Assembly: GCA_030704615.1 (NCBI GenBank)
Contig: CM060734.1
Coordinates: forward strand, 25,854,001 to 25,918,000
Reading direction: 5' to 3'
DNA from: Takakia lepidozioides
Taxonomy: Eukaryota; Plantae; Bryophyta
DNA: 64,000 nucleotides
Below are positions 12,201-22,945 of this stretch, one piece after another. Both the position numbers and the translations under genes were made by a program. Below the pieces are notes generated by a model, which searched no databases, had not been told where the DNA came from, and saw only the letters and a list, made by a program, of their open reading frames with translations. How positions within the stretch are numbered: the stretch's first letter is position 1; each line of letters starts with the position of its first letter.

Positions 12201-12870
12201 TCGTTGCAAGTCCTCCCGTCCACCAACAAAAGGTTTAAGTTTGCCCTCTCGCCCCAAGTTGGGCGATTCAAACATGCGATGAGTTGGAGCTGTCGATGAT
12301 ACCACCAGCGTGCCGGGCTCGTCGTCACTCTGTCATTGACAAAAATCGTGAAAACCAACATCGGTGCAAAAAGCAGCATCGCAACGAGCAGCGCAACCAC
12401 CATAGCAACAATCATGTAGCAAAAATGAAAACATAACAAGTTTAGGAAGTATGGAGAGCCATGCAACAACAATGAAAACAAATGCAACCATTGCCTAAGA
12501 ATGACATGCACAAGCAGCCTTCTCCAGAGCTGCCGGATTTGCACACGCATTGCAAACAATCTAAGGTTCACTCAACTATCTAAAGTTCACTCATACAGCA
12601 AAGCCAGGATGAAGATGCAAAAACAAAGCGAGGTAACAAAGCGAAAGCAAAAAATAAATCGAACAAACCGAAAGCAGAAGTGGCTTGCCTGAGAGTACTC
12701 GGCTTCAGTTGGCGCAGGTTGTGAGCAAGACACTGGAATCTCCTGCTGGAGCTTCAGTTTGGCCATGCGAGAGATTGGCCGTCGTCCGTAGTACAGAGCT
12801 TTCAACTTCCGCCGCGGTCTGGATGTGAGGTCTCTCTCAGGAGAGCCACGCCCTTCAGGCGGCATAAGTC
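6262..12870 (-). pseudogene. Element A gene 2: multi-exon ParB/Srx-like + helical region + beta-class N4C/N6A DNA methyltransferase-like protein (frameshifted; start approximate)
   Basis: ParB-like LRIPLCRLV..VRP..KMFYVWDGNHRLLAW..AMADIN (~10899-11345). MTase-like CDMILLDIPDG..LLDDGG (~7600-7745) and RSPAFIQTLMETCSDVQGRILDLTCGT|GASMWAGTLSDRHVFAFEPD (~6970-7210). GT-AG introns, e.g. 8597-9680. Acidic C-terminal ORF 6262-6765. Colinear with homologues in B and C. Confidence 0.8.
8627..9612. repeat. Intronic tandem array, 95-bp unit, ~10 copies, two near-palindromes per unit
   Basis: Unit starts at 8709, 8804, 8899. Contains GGGACTTAGCC-CGAAAAT-GGCTAAGTCCC and CTGGAAAA(T/C)GGCGCCGAATTTCCAG. Confidence 0.93.
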
Positions 12871-13074
12871 CCAGCCAAAAAGATCTCCTTTTTTGGGGTA
12901 CATGCCTGGAATACCATGTTAAGCCAAGTTTAGCATGAGATTTAGGGTACGTGTCCAGGAAGCCATGCGTCGCCAGCCCGAATAATAACCGACGGCCGTC
13001 GACATTTATTGCCCAACTGCGCAATTAAATGTCGGATGAAGCCCTCCATGTCGGATGAAAATCGACGTAAACAG

Positions 13075-14900
13075 TCCCGGAATTTCCAACGTAGAGGTAA
13101 TTCGGAGCGCTGCACGATGGAATTCCGGCGATGGATTTCCATCCTGCAGGTAATTCGGAGCACAGCATGATGGATATCCGGCGCCGAATTTCCATCCGCG
13201 GAGGAAGGGCGGCGGTGGAAATTTCCCTCACGCAGGTAATTCGGAAGCCCGCGGATGGAAATCCGGCGCCGAATTTCCATCCGCGGAGGTAGGGCGGCGG
13301 TGGAAATTTCCCTCACGCAGGTAATTCGGAAGCGCGCGGATGGAAATCCGGCGCCGAATTTCCATCCGCGCAGGTAGGGCGGTGCGCCAAATTTCCCTCA
13401 AGCAGGTAATTCGGCGCCGAATTTCCATCCTGCAGGTAATTCGAATCCCGGATGAATGGAAATTCGGCGCCGAATTTCCATCCAGCAGGTAAGTGGAATC
13501 TCGGATGGATGGAGATTCGGCACCGAATTTCCATCCTGCAGGTAATTCCAATACCGGATGAATGGAAATTCGGCGCCGAATTTCCATCCAGCAGGTAAGT
13601 CGGATCGGTGTCGTATGGATATTCGGCGCCGAATTTCCATTCGCCATGTATTTCTGCGCGAGGAATTACCTTCGTGTAGGTAATTATGGACGAGGAATTA
13701 ACATCGATTGGAATTACCTGCAGGAAGGTAATTCTCATCTGGGAATTACCTGCACGAAGGTAATTCTTATATGGGAATTACCTGCACGAAGGTAATTCCT
13801 CGGGCAGAAATACATGGCGAATGGAAATTCGGCGCCGAATATCCATACGGCACCGATCCGACTTACCTGCTGGATGGAAATTCGGCGCCGAATATCCATA
13901 CGGCACCGATCCGACTTACCTGCTGGATGGAAATTCGGCGCCGAATTTCCATCCATCCGGGATTCGAATTACCTGCAGGATGGAAATTCGGCGCCGAATC
14001 TCCATCCATCCGGGATTCCACTTACCTGCTGGATGGAAATTCGGCGCCGAATTTCCATCCATCCGGGATTCGAATTACCTGCAGGATGGAAATTCGGCGC
14101 CGAATCTCCATCCATCCGGGATTCCACTTACCTGCTGGATGGAAATTCGGCGCCGAATTTCCATCCATCCGGGATTCGAATTACCTGCAGGATGGAAATT
14201 CGGCGCCGAATCTCCATCCATCCGGGATTCCACTTACCTGCTGGATGGAAATTCGGCGCCGAATTTCCATTCATCCGGGATTCGAATTACCTGCAGGATG
14301 GAAATTCGGCGCCGAATCTCCATCCATCCGGGATTCCACTTACCTGCTGGATGGAAATTCGGCGCCGAATCTCCATGCATCCGGGATTCGAATTACCTGC
14401 AGGATGGAAATTCGGCGCCGAATCTCCATCCATCCGGGATTCCACTTACCTGCTGGATGGAAATTCGGCGCCGAATCTCCATCCATCCGGGATTCCACTT
14501 ACCTGCTGGATGGAAATTCGGCGCCGAATTTCCATCCGGGGATGGTCTCTGTCGGAGAGGTGCCGCCTCTCCGCCGCTCTGTTGGATATTCGGTGCCGAA
14601 TTTCCGTCCCGGGGGTTGAAATATGACGGCCAGGTGCCGACCTCTCCCTTCTCCCCGACTGCATTGGAACGGCCCCGAATTGAAATTCGGCGCCGTTTTC
14701 CCATCTGTGGAGGTTTTTATGTCGGCCAGTTTTCGGTCTGACCCCCCGACAAGACTTCCTTTGGGGGGGCCCGGATGGAAATTCGGCGCCGAATCTCCAT
14801 CCAAGGGATGTTCTCTGTCGCACACACTCCGACCTCTGCGCCCGAGGCGACTTCATCCGGGCTTTCTCTGTTGGATATTGGGTGCCGAATTTCCATTCGG
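13075..14900. repeat. Element A central array of the 22-bp palindrome GGAAATTCGGCGCCGAATTTCC; 53-bp unit with alternating variants; two halves in inverted orientation
   Basis: Units at 13925, 13978, 14031. Left arm (~13100-13690) is the reverse complement of the right arm (~13780-14540). Confidence 0.93.
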
Positions 14901-15199
14901 GGGTAGTAATGTGACGGCACAGTGCCGGCTTCTCCCCTTCAGCCGTCATCATCCGGACGGCCCCCCACTTTCTGACTGCATACCGTTGGCAGTTATTGCG
15001 CAAAGATGAGGGGCCGCATTCCGGAGACAAGGTTCATTAACACTCTGACTGTGGATTTTTGAGATAGTTGGCTCCCTGGATTTGGATCAGGCTTCGTCGC
15101 TCGGACAAATCGGCATCGCATTCATTCCCATCGCTGCACCCCCTTCTACCAGGGAGCTTCCCCGCACGCCATCCTGGCAGTCTTGTGTGCACATCTCCC

Positions 15200-18100
15200 A
15201 TGGCGGAAAACCCGAGCGCTACAGTGTACTGCCCTCCTCACGAGCATAGAGCTTCATTTCCGTGCAGAGGGGACACCTGCCGGGTGATGGAGAAATATCT
15301 GTGCGTTCGATACCACCTGAAACCGGGTCGGTTTTTTTGGAGGAGGAAAGGAAGGACTCAAACGGCCTTGTTGTCGAGAGTATTGTTGTGCTCCACGATG
15401 ATTTCGGCGATGGCAGGGAATGGCGAGTTCCACCATCGGACAGCGTCATATACAGGGCTGTTGGGGACTTCATTTGCCCGCCAAATGCACCGTCTATCCT
15501 GGCGCCTTCCACGAAACAATCCGCGAATCAGAGAGTGGGTACCTCAAAGAGAGAAGTCCGCAACGAAGTAAATCCAGAGCCGAACCCATCCATGAAGACG
15601 ACTGAGAACCGGGTTGTTCACAACCTGTCCGACTCAGACGAGGTCATGGAAGTTCCGAGGTCGTCCTGGAGATCAGGCAAGTCCTCAATGGACGTCAGTG
15701 GAGGAGGGAGTCATATTCCCAGCACGAGCACCGCAGTTCGATCTATTCTAGAAATTCTGCGAGGGCTTCACCTGGAGGGACACCGGTCGGAGCTGGCCGG
15801 GCTGGACTACAGCAAGTTTGCAATTAAATCGGTTACATGCCTTCCCGCCGACGTCGACGGTAATATCTTCTTTGAGTTCCCTCCTCGGGCGGACTACTCG
15901 AGGGCGTCCGGAATGTTGACAGATATGGATAGAAAACATGACGGTCATCCTTGGTGCGTTACCAAAACCACCAGCATGAAGATGCTTGATGGTGTGCGGG
16001 TGCGCTACGTTGTTTGTGCGGGCGCGTTGCGGTGTTTCTCCCCAACTTGCTTCCACTTTAAATCCAGAGGTCACAGGAACGAGACCGATTGGACAGGCAC
16101 AGCTCACCAACCATTTCGAGCTCAGGAGAAGGTTCCGAACTCCACATTTAAGTGTGCGCATTGCAAAGAACCACCACACTGCATGTGCCAAGCAGTTCTA
16201 TGTGTTGCACCGTTTCCCTGACCTCACCCGAGCTTGCATACACGTTGGTTCCCATTGTCACAAATTGGCGAGGGGGAACTCGCGGGAGGCTGCCCACGAA
16301 GCAGAGCAGCTCGTTCAGGAGGAGGTTAAGTTGAGACCGGGTGCCAAACCCAAACAGATACAGCTCCAAGCCGCCCATAAGATGGCATTGGCCAGAATTA
16401 TGTCGGAAGACGGCTCCGATAGAGTTCCTCTCGACGAGAAGGAAATGGAGGCATTGCTGGAGTCGGTGTCCCACGTATGTTCACCGAATGTCCGAAACCA
16501 CATTGTCTCATGCAAACAGAAAATTGGGCGTGGCTCGGATATGCACTCCATTCTGGAGGTGAAGCGACGATGTGGATATGACTACATTCATGGAAGTAGG
16601 TTTCCAGGACAAGGGACTGAAGCAGATCGTTGTTTCGTATTTAAAATGTCCACGTGTGGACCTGGCAGTGGCGTCGAACTGGTCGACAGGATGACGAGTG
16701 GGAACTTGTCAAACAGTTGGGTCATGTTCGACCATATCAAGCGAATTACAAATCACCAGTGGTGACAATGGGTGCACATGTCTACGACACCCACTGCAGG
16801 ATGCTAATGACAATTGCTATTTGTGAGATGAAAGGAGAGGACACACAATCGGAGATGCTTCTTTGGCAGGGAATAAACGAACAGATGGCCAAGGCGGGAT
16901 TGCCCCCTCCCAATTTCCGTGGTTTCATGGCGGACAACGCACAAGCAAATTGGGCTGCCATCCGAAGGGTGTACGGGCAAGACCCAATGTTCCCATGGAA
17001 GGCAAGGAGAGATCTTGTGGGTTCCATTTTCTGCAGAGCCTTTCGCAGTACACAACCAGGCTCGTGGCGCCAGATTTCAGAGAGGAGCACCGTTCCATGT
17101 GCCTTGCGTGGAAGCGCGCTCCCACCTTGGATGATGCAGAGACACAGTTTGCATGCATACGGGCTTGGTGGACATCGTCAGGTGCTGTAAGGAAATCAGA
17201 CGAAGGAGCAATGGTCAGTTGGCTAGCATGGTGGCATTATCGTTTCCTCCAGTTCGGCGACTATATGCGGGAGGTGAGTTGCACGAATTCGCGTCCCGTT
17301 GGATATTATTCTTGGCCATATTTGTAACTTGCTTGTAACCTGAACATGTGCTTGTGCAGGAAATGTGTCTCGACTCCGACACCGACATGCCCACGACAAA
17401 CATGGCCGAATCAGTGCACTCTTCCTGGCGTGCCTCCTCTGCGGCGCATCTGGTGGACATCCTCACTGCCACAACGGAGGACATTGTGAGGTCAATTATG
17501 CAGCAATGCAGGTACAACGAGTTCTTGAAAGGGAAACAGTGGGGCTTGGGGCCGGACAGGCAGGAAATGCTGATGCGGACTGCCTCCAGATCGAAGAATC
17601 CTCGGAAGTGGGCGGCGGCCTTGCGAGAGGGCCTTCGAGACACGCCATTGCTGCGAAGAGGCCAACATTTGGAAGGAGATGTTCATACCCGTCCAGTGAG
17701 ACGAAGACTTGACGAGGCACCTGGCGGAGAAGAGGATTCATGGCGAGCTGACAAGAATATTCGCACGCTCCCTCGTGGTCCGGTGATGTTGTCCGAGGAG
17801 GTCTCGTCGAGCACCGGAAGTCCTGCACGTTCAAGATCGCCATCTCCTTTGAGCACAGGGCGCGTGCCCCGGCAACATAACGAGCCATCTGTAGTAAAGC
17901 AATACAACATTCCCATTGTGGAGACAAGAGTGTCGGAGTCACAGTGGAGAATTGCGAGGACATTGCCGGCATTTCGAGGGAAGTGTTGCGCCATCCGGGT
18001 GGATACGAGAGCACGCTGTGGTGAGATGATTCGGAGGAACCCACATGGTGCTGTACCTGCACCTTGTTTCAGCGGCAGATTTTTGACTCCCACATTTGCT

Positions 18101-18777
18101 CACGCCACAACGCAGACATTTTGGTTCTGTAGGCACGACATAATGACCTGTGTATTTGGCAAGCCCAAGTACGGGATTCAGGGAATGCCGGAGCCTCCGG
18201 GCGTCTGGCCTGTTGCACCGGGTTGCAGCCTCTCTCAAATGAGGCGGATGCTCTATCTGCAGCAGGATTTCGAATGGTGCAACGCACAGACATCCCGGCC
18301 CACGCATTTCCGGTTCCTCAGACCCAGCCATTGCAGACTGCTCGGTCCAGTAGAGACGGATTGGACAATTCTGCACATCCCACAATGCGATTCGGAAGAG
18401 TGAAGAGACGACACCCTCCCAACAAGTTGAATGAGACTCGGATTGCCAATGCTCTTGGGATGGCTTGCACTATTCAGAGCTCCGTGGACGTACCCCCACC
18501 CGGCCTTGGGCGTGTGTATCGGATGGCAACGGCCGGCTCGGCTGTACGCGACGATGTATACACAATTACGATTGGAGTGGAGCCGACTTGCAACTGTACG
18601 GACTTCTCGTTGATGGAAGCAAAGAAGGGTTCGAAGTATTATCCGTGCAAGCATCTGTATTACATTTACCTGAAGAGGTTGAGGATGAACGTGACTATTG
18701 ATGACTTTATTCATGCACCGGCGTTGAGCGTGAACGAGCTGCACAAACTCCTCCTTAGGGATTCCAGAAATCATTGA
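15200..18777 (+). pseudogene. Element A Mutator-family DDE transposase with GCM-like N-terminal domain and C-terminal SWIM finger (several frameshifts)
   Basis: DGHPWC..CAGALRC..CAHC..HVGSHCH; WVMFDH (D1), FMADNAQA (D2), CGFH (CxxH), TTNMAESVH (E); SWIM CNCTDF..PCKH. Intron 17274-17359. Confidence 0.88.
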
Positions 18778-18929
18778 TGGGGCAAACGGAATCCTCCATA
18801 TGGATATTTTCAAATGCATTTTGCTGTATCAGACTTTTTTTTTGCAGTGTAATGAAATGCACCCCAAAACTCCTGGAATGAGGCAATATTCCATTCAAAC
18901 TGAGATCCAACAGAAGCAGTTGTGGGGCC

Positions 18930-19300
18930 ATTTCTGGAAAAATGGCGCCGAATTTCTCTTTTTGGGGCCGAAAACTCGCTAAGTCCCAACATGCACTGGT
19001 ACCTGTGTTTGGGAAAATGGCGCCGAATTTCTCTTTTTGGGGCCGAAAACTGGCTAAGTCCCAACATGCACTGGTACCGTGTCTGGAAAAATGGCGCCGA
19101 ATTTCTCTTTTTTGGGCCGAAAACTGGCTAAGTCCGAACATGCACTGGAAAAATGGCGCCGAATTACCTGTCATGAGGGGACCTATAGCCGCGGAATTCG
19201 GCACCATTTTTCGCCAGAGAGACCTATTGCCGCGAAATACGTCGCCGTTTTTTCAGGTTACGGACCCTATTACCGCGAAATTCGGCGCCATATTTGCACA
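18930..19300. repeat. Short degenerate array downstream of the A transposase
   Basis: Repeats of GGAAAAATGGCGCCGAATTTC and GGCTAAGTCCC shared with the 95-bp intron array. Confidence 0.8.
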
Positions 19301-19459
19301 TGTCGCTGGGAATTGGCATGAGCGGAAGACGAAATATCATGAGCACAACTGTCAAAAGTGCAATTTTCCCTTCAAGGGGCCGAATAATATATTTGTTTTT
19401 TCTGACACATTGCATTAAATTATTGTTTTTTATTGTATTTTATTTTCGAAATTTGTACT

Positions 19460-19537
19460 TCTGCTCATGAAAACCGATTGTGTTACTACTCTGCTCATGC
19501 CGCTCATGCCGCTCATGCTCATGAAATAGCAAACCTC
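19460..19537 (-). repeat. Element A right TIR with GCTCAT repeats
   Basis: GCTCATGCCGCTCATGCCGCTCATGCTCATGAAATAGCAAACCTC. Confidence 0.85.
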
Positions 19538-20368
19538 AAGTGGAGCACTTGGATCGCAGGCCAACAAAGGTGTCGGCTCAGGGGGATCAGGCGGGCAGCT
19601 TGGATCTGGCTTTGGGGGCACAAGGAGTGTGGGAAGTAGTGCAACTGTAGCTGGGAATACTGTAAGTACAGAGGGGCCGGTAACAGGGAGTGCTCAGGGG
19701 CCAATACCTGGTGGGAGTTCCACCACTACAACAGCAGGTCCTCAAGGACCAGCACCAACAAGAGGACCAGCACCTGTCAGAGGGCAGGGTGTAGGGCCAC
19801 AGATGGCGGTACCTCCAACCCGGGCAAAACCACATTTTATAATATATGCAGGGAAAGAGGATCCTGATGTACACATCAGCCAATTTGAGCACATGTGTAT
19901 TGTGAACAATGAGAATGGCGATGATGCCAAGATGAGACTGTTTCCTTGTTCACTTATCAAGAAAGCAAGTGAATGGTATGCAAGATTTCCTAATAATCAT
20001 TTTCTAACCTGGAATGGCCTTAGTACAGCATTCCGAATCAGGTTCAGGACAAGCAAAACTGAAGATGAAGTGTATGCGAGTTTACAACAGTTAAAGCAAA
20101 AGAAGCATGAAACTGTTGAAGAGTACATGGAAAAGATGGAGTTGATGATGAAAAAGCTGGCTGCTGTACCAACACCAGGATTACAGAAGACCTGGTTTGT
20201 GAGTGGACTAAGACCTGAATTACAAAAGAAAGTGGATATGTTACCCCATAATACAGTGGAAGAGGCATTTGAAACAGCCAACAAAATTGAACAATTGGGG
20301 ATGCACAGGAGAGAGAAAAGGGATGATGAGGACTCTGAAGATGAGTCAGATGAAGAAGAAGAGCAAGA
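19538..20368 (+). pseudogene. gag: G2 gag, 5' part (retrotransposon Gag domain)
   Basis: YAGKEDPDVHISQF..LFPCSLIKKASEWY..QKKHETVEEY..FVSGLRPEL. The frame continues at 46132 once G3 is removed. Confidence 0.88.
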
Positions 20369-20897
20369 TGTCGTGCGCATACATATCGCTACACAACTAC
20401 ATCGCTGTCCAAACCACACCACACATATATGCACAATAAAGTAGTCTGCCTCAATGATAGAACAAACTAAGAGACACACTGCTCACACCAGAAACAACAT
20501 GAATCCATCGCTATCACTCTTTAAAACAGAAGTCGAGCCAGGGGCACCCCAAGCTATGGGGACTCCACCCCACAACAACCTACACTCCCATCATAAGCAC
20601 ACTCAAATCTAAACGCATGAAGGAGCTCGGTCACGCAGGCTTAACTCGAGAGAGATGAGCTACGCGACTGCCGCTCTCGTGAAGATAAGGCGGTTCAGGT
20701 GTCAAACTAAACTTGACGCCTGATTTAACACTTGACCTAAATCCAAGTGTTAAATACAAATAACTAGCTTTATTCTAGTTGTTTTCACATTGTGCTTATT
20801 TAACTTGACAGCTGTCGTGCGCATACATATCGCTACACAACTACATCGCTATCCAAACCACACCACACATATATGCACAATAAAGTAGTCTGCCACA
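20369..20897 (-). repeat. G3 3' terminal repeat block: 85-bp unit (20369-20453) + 356-bp unit (20455-20810) + 85-bp unit (20813-20897)
   Basis: Each unit is bounded by TG..CA. The 356-bp unit matches 45772-46127 with about 6 substitutions counted by eye. Confidence 0.92.
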
Positions 20898-20910
20898 ATC
20901 GCCCCCCTAG
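20898..20910 (-). promoter_or_regulatory. Polypurine tract of G3
   Basis: Sense CTAGGGGGGCGAT immediately before TGTGGCAG. Confidence 0.75.
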
Positions 20911-21157
20911 CTGGTGGATAGGTCCCTCTAACTCCAGATAGCTACAAGATGTAATAGCCACAGCCGTACTAAGTCCTCTATCACTGTCCCTATCGTGCTC
21001 AAACTCTATCAACCAAGAGGCCGGGTACAAGAGTAGCCCCATCGTTAGTCGCCGTCTTGCAATCTGTGAACTTGAGCCAAGATCTCGTGTGTTCAAGGTC
21101 TCCTAGTAGCTTGGCCTTGCATTTCTTGTTAGCCTTCCATGGTTGTATCCACTCCCA

Positions 21158-22795
21158 TTATCCAATGCAATGTGGACATAACCAATCCCCATCCGGAACC
21201 ATCTCAAGAGGTGGAGTCAAGCATCCCATATGCCAACCTCTAGAGCATCGATCACATACCAGCATGGTGGCTGCCCCTTTAGCAGACCCACACAACATGC
21301 ACCTCAAACTTGCAGATACCACTGCCAGGTTTGGGTCAATCCTGCCATCGACATTCGGAAGGTGACATGGCGCACAATTACGCACATGGTCCTTCCAAGT
21401 TATGCCATCCCGACCCTCCAAGACCAAGACGCCTGAGGGCAAGACCTCTTGAACCCTCAAAATAACACGTCGTGCAGTCACATCCAGGGTCATAGGAGCA
21501 GTCTGCTGCAGATAGACATAGTCACCAGGGTTGAATCTCCGAACCCCAGGACGATAGCCCCCACCACGTATGTTAGCATACCTCAACGTATCATGGTGTT
21601 GTGCAATGGCAAGGTTCTCGAAAGCCATGGGCATGACTCTCTTGAACAACTTTGCACGCTGCTCACATGCACGTGCCCACACGTCCCGATCGTCAAGGTT
21701 AAGAACTGTAGCAGCTTCTCTGCGAATGGATGTAGGCAAATCCGGCTCTCGGCCAAAGAGAAGAAAGTATGGTGAGAAGGAGGCAATTGATGCTTGCTTG
21801 TTGAACCTGTAGCCCATGGCTAACCAGGGTAACTGAAGGTCCCAATCTCCTAGATGTCCCTTCTGCAAGCCATACTTGCGCAAACCCCTCTTTACTGTCT
21901 GAACAACTCTCTCTGCCAAGCCATCAGCCTCAGGATGATCCCGAGAAGTGGTGCGGTGGTCTATCAAGGCCTTGTCACACAAAGCATGAAACTCCCCCAA
22001 GAACTCTCTCCCTTGGTCCGTGAGTACCTCAGCTGGAGCACCGAATCGGCTAAGCACACAATCCAAGAATGCATACGCAGCTCCCTCACTAGCCTTATCA
22101 GGCAATGGAACCAATTCAATCCACTTGGAGAAGTGCTCCACCATCACCAACACATACTTGTTGTGGCGCATGGTCAGTGGCAACGGCCCTGCGAAGTCAA
22201 GACTCCACATGTAGCCCAATCCCATGATCGGAAGAGAGTGCAATTGTGGAGTAGGGGCATTGAATGAAGCACGCACCCTGTCACACACCATGCACCTAGC
22301 CACAAATTGTTGTACCTCTGTGTGCATACCACGCCACCAATACTGCCCCTGCAGTAGGCTATGGGTGCGTCGCACCCCAAAATGCCCCAACTCCTCGTGG
22401 GCATGCCGCACTAACCGTGCCCGCTGTGTTGGGTGAGGCACAATCCTCACTCGACCATCCTCCCACACTCGGAGCAGGTGTGTCCCCTCCCACTTGAACC
22501 TCTTGGCTCGTTGTAGGATCCGATCCCTCTCCTTGGCAGTCATAGTGGCTGCAGTGTCTCCAGTGCGGAGGTATTCCAACACAACTGAATCCTCATGTAT
22601 ATCTTTGGCGCCACCTTGCTCATTGCTGGCCTCAGGGTCCTCAGACACTTGATCTACAGTCATCCCTGTTGCAGGTCCAACCTGGCCTTCCGCTACCACG
22701 ATACACAGAAATGCAGATGCATGCCATCCGGGCACCATCTCCTCATCCGTCTCACCATGCCACCGAGCTCCAGTGTCATCCTACTGGCTCGTGCA
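21158..22795 (-). CDS. G3 integrase (HHCC, DDE core) with C-terminal PHD finger; 3' part of pol
   Basis: HEELGHFG..CMVC; WSLDFAGP; TDQGREF; AERVVQT; CMLC..LVCDRCSRGWHMGCLTPPL..WLCPHC. Confidence 0.92.
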
Positions 22796-22945
22796 GGGGG
22801 GTGCTATTCCGTGAGCCTGGAGGCGTGAGCCTGTGAGCCCAGGAAAGCGTGAGCCCAGCACAGGCTCACGCCACGTCAGCATGCAAACAGTGCCTATTTC
22901 CGCGGATGTCACCTATTTCCGAGTGGTGTCACCTATTTCCGCGGG
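22796..22945 (+). repeat. Element B left TIR/subterminal repeats (GTGAGCC; 3x CCTATTTCCG)
   Basis: Read directly; inverted GCTCAC repeats occur at 36600-36701. Confidence 0.8.

Larger units (their letters stand above)
6041..19537. mobile_element. Element A: ~13.5 kb Mutator-like DNA transposon with divergent ParB-MTase-like gene and palindromic arrays
   Basis: Left end GGGGGCTGCTATTTCATGAGC; right end (reverse complement) GAGGTTTGCTATTTCATGAGC. Contains MULE-type transposase (+) and ParB/MTase-like gene (-). No TSD found. Confidence 0.88.

Noticed and set aside
6262-12870. Bacterial plasmid or phage contamination (ParB + methylase)
   Set aside because: The gene has multiple spliceosomal GT-AG introns at conserved positions and lies within TIRs with a eukaryotic MULE transposase; no ParA or operon structure.
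13075-14900. CRISPR-like appearance of palindromic repeats with spacers (also 8627-9612, 27540-31400, 57825-59460)
   Set aside because: Spacers are themselves repeated rather than unique, no cas genes are present, and the context is eukaryotic transposons.
12942-15030. Long ORFs in several frames across the arrays (also 28351-31367 and 57736-59351)
   Set aside because: By-products of stop-poor tandem repeats; the same peptides appear in multiple frames and on both strands.
6041-19537. CACTA, hAT or Helitron assignment for elements A-C
   Set aside because: No CACTA ends or 3-bp TSD and no Rep/helicase. DDE spacing, CxxH, the NxxES(V)H-type motif, SWIM and a 9-12-bp TSD fit Mutator.
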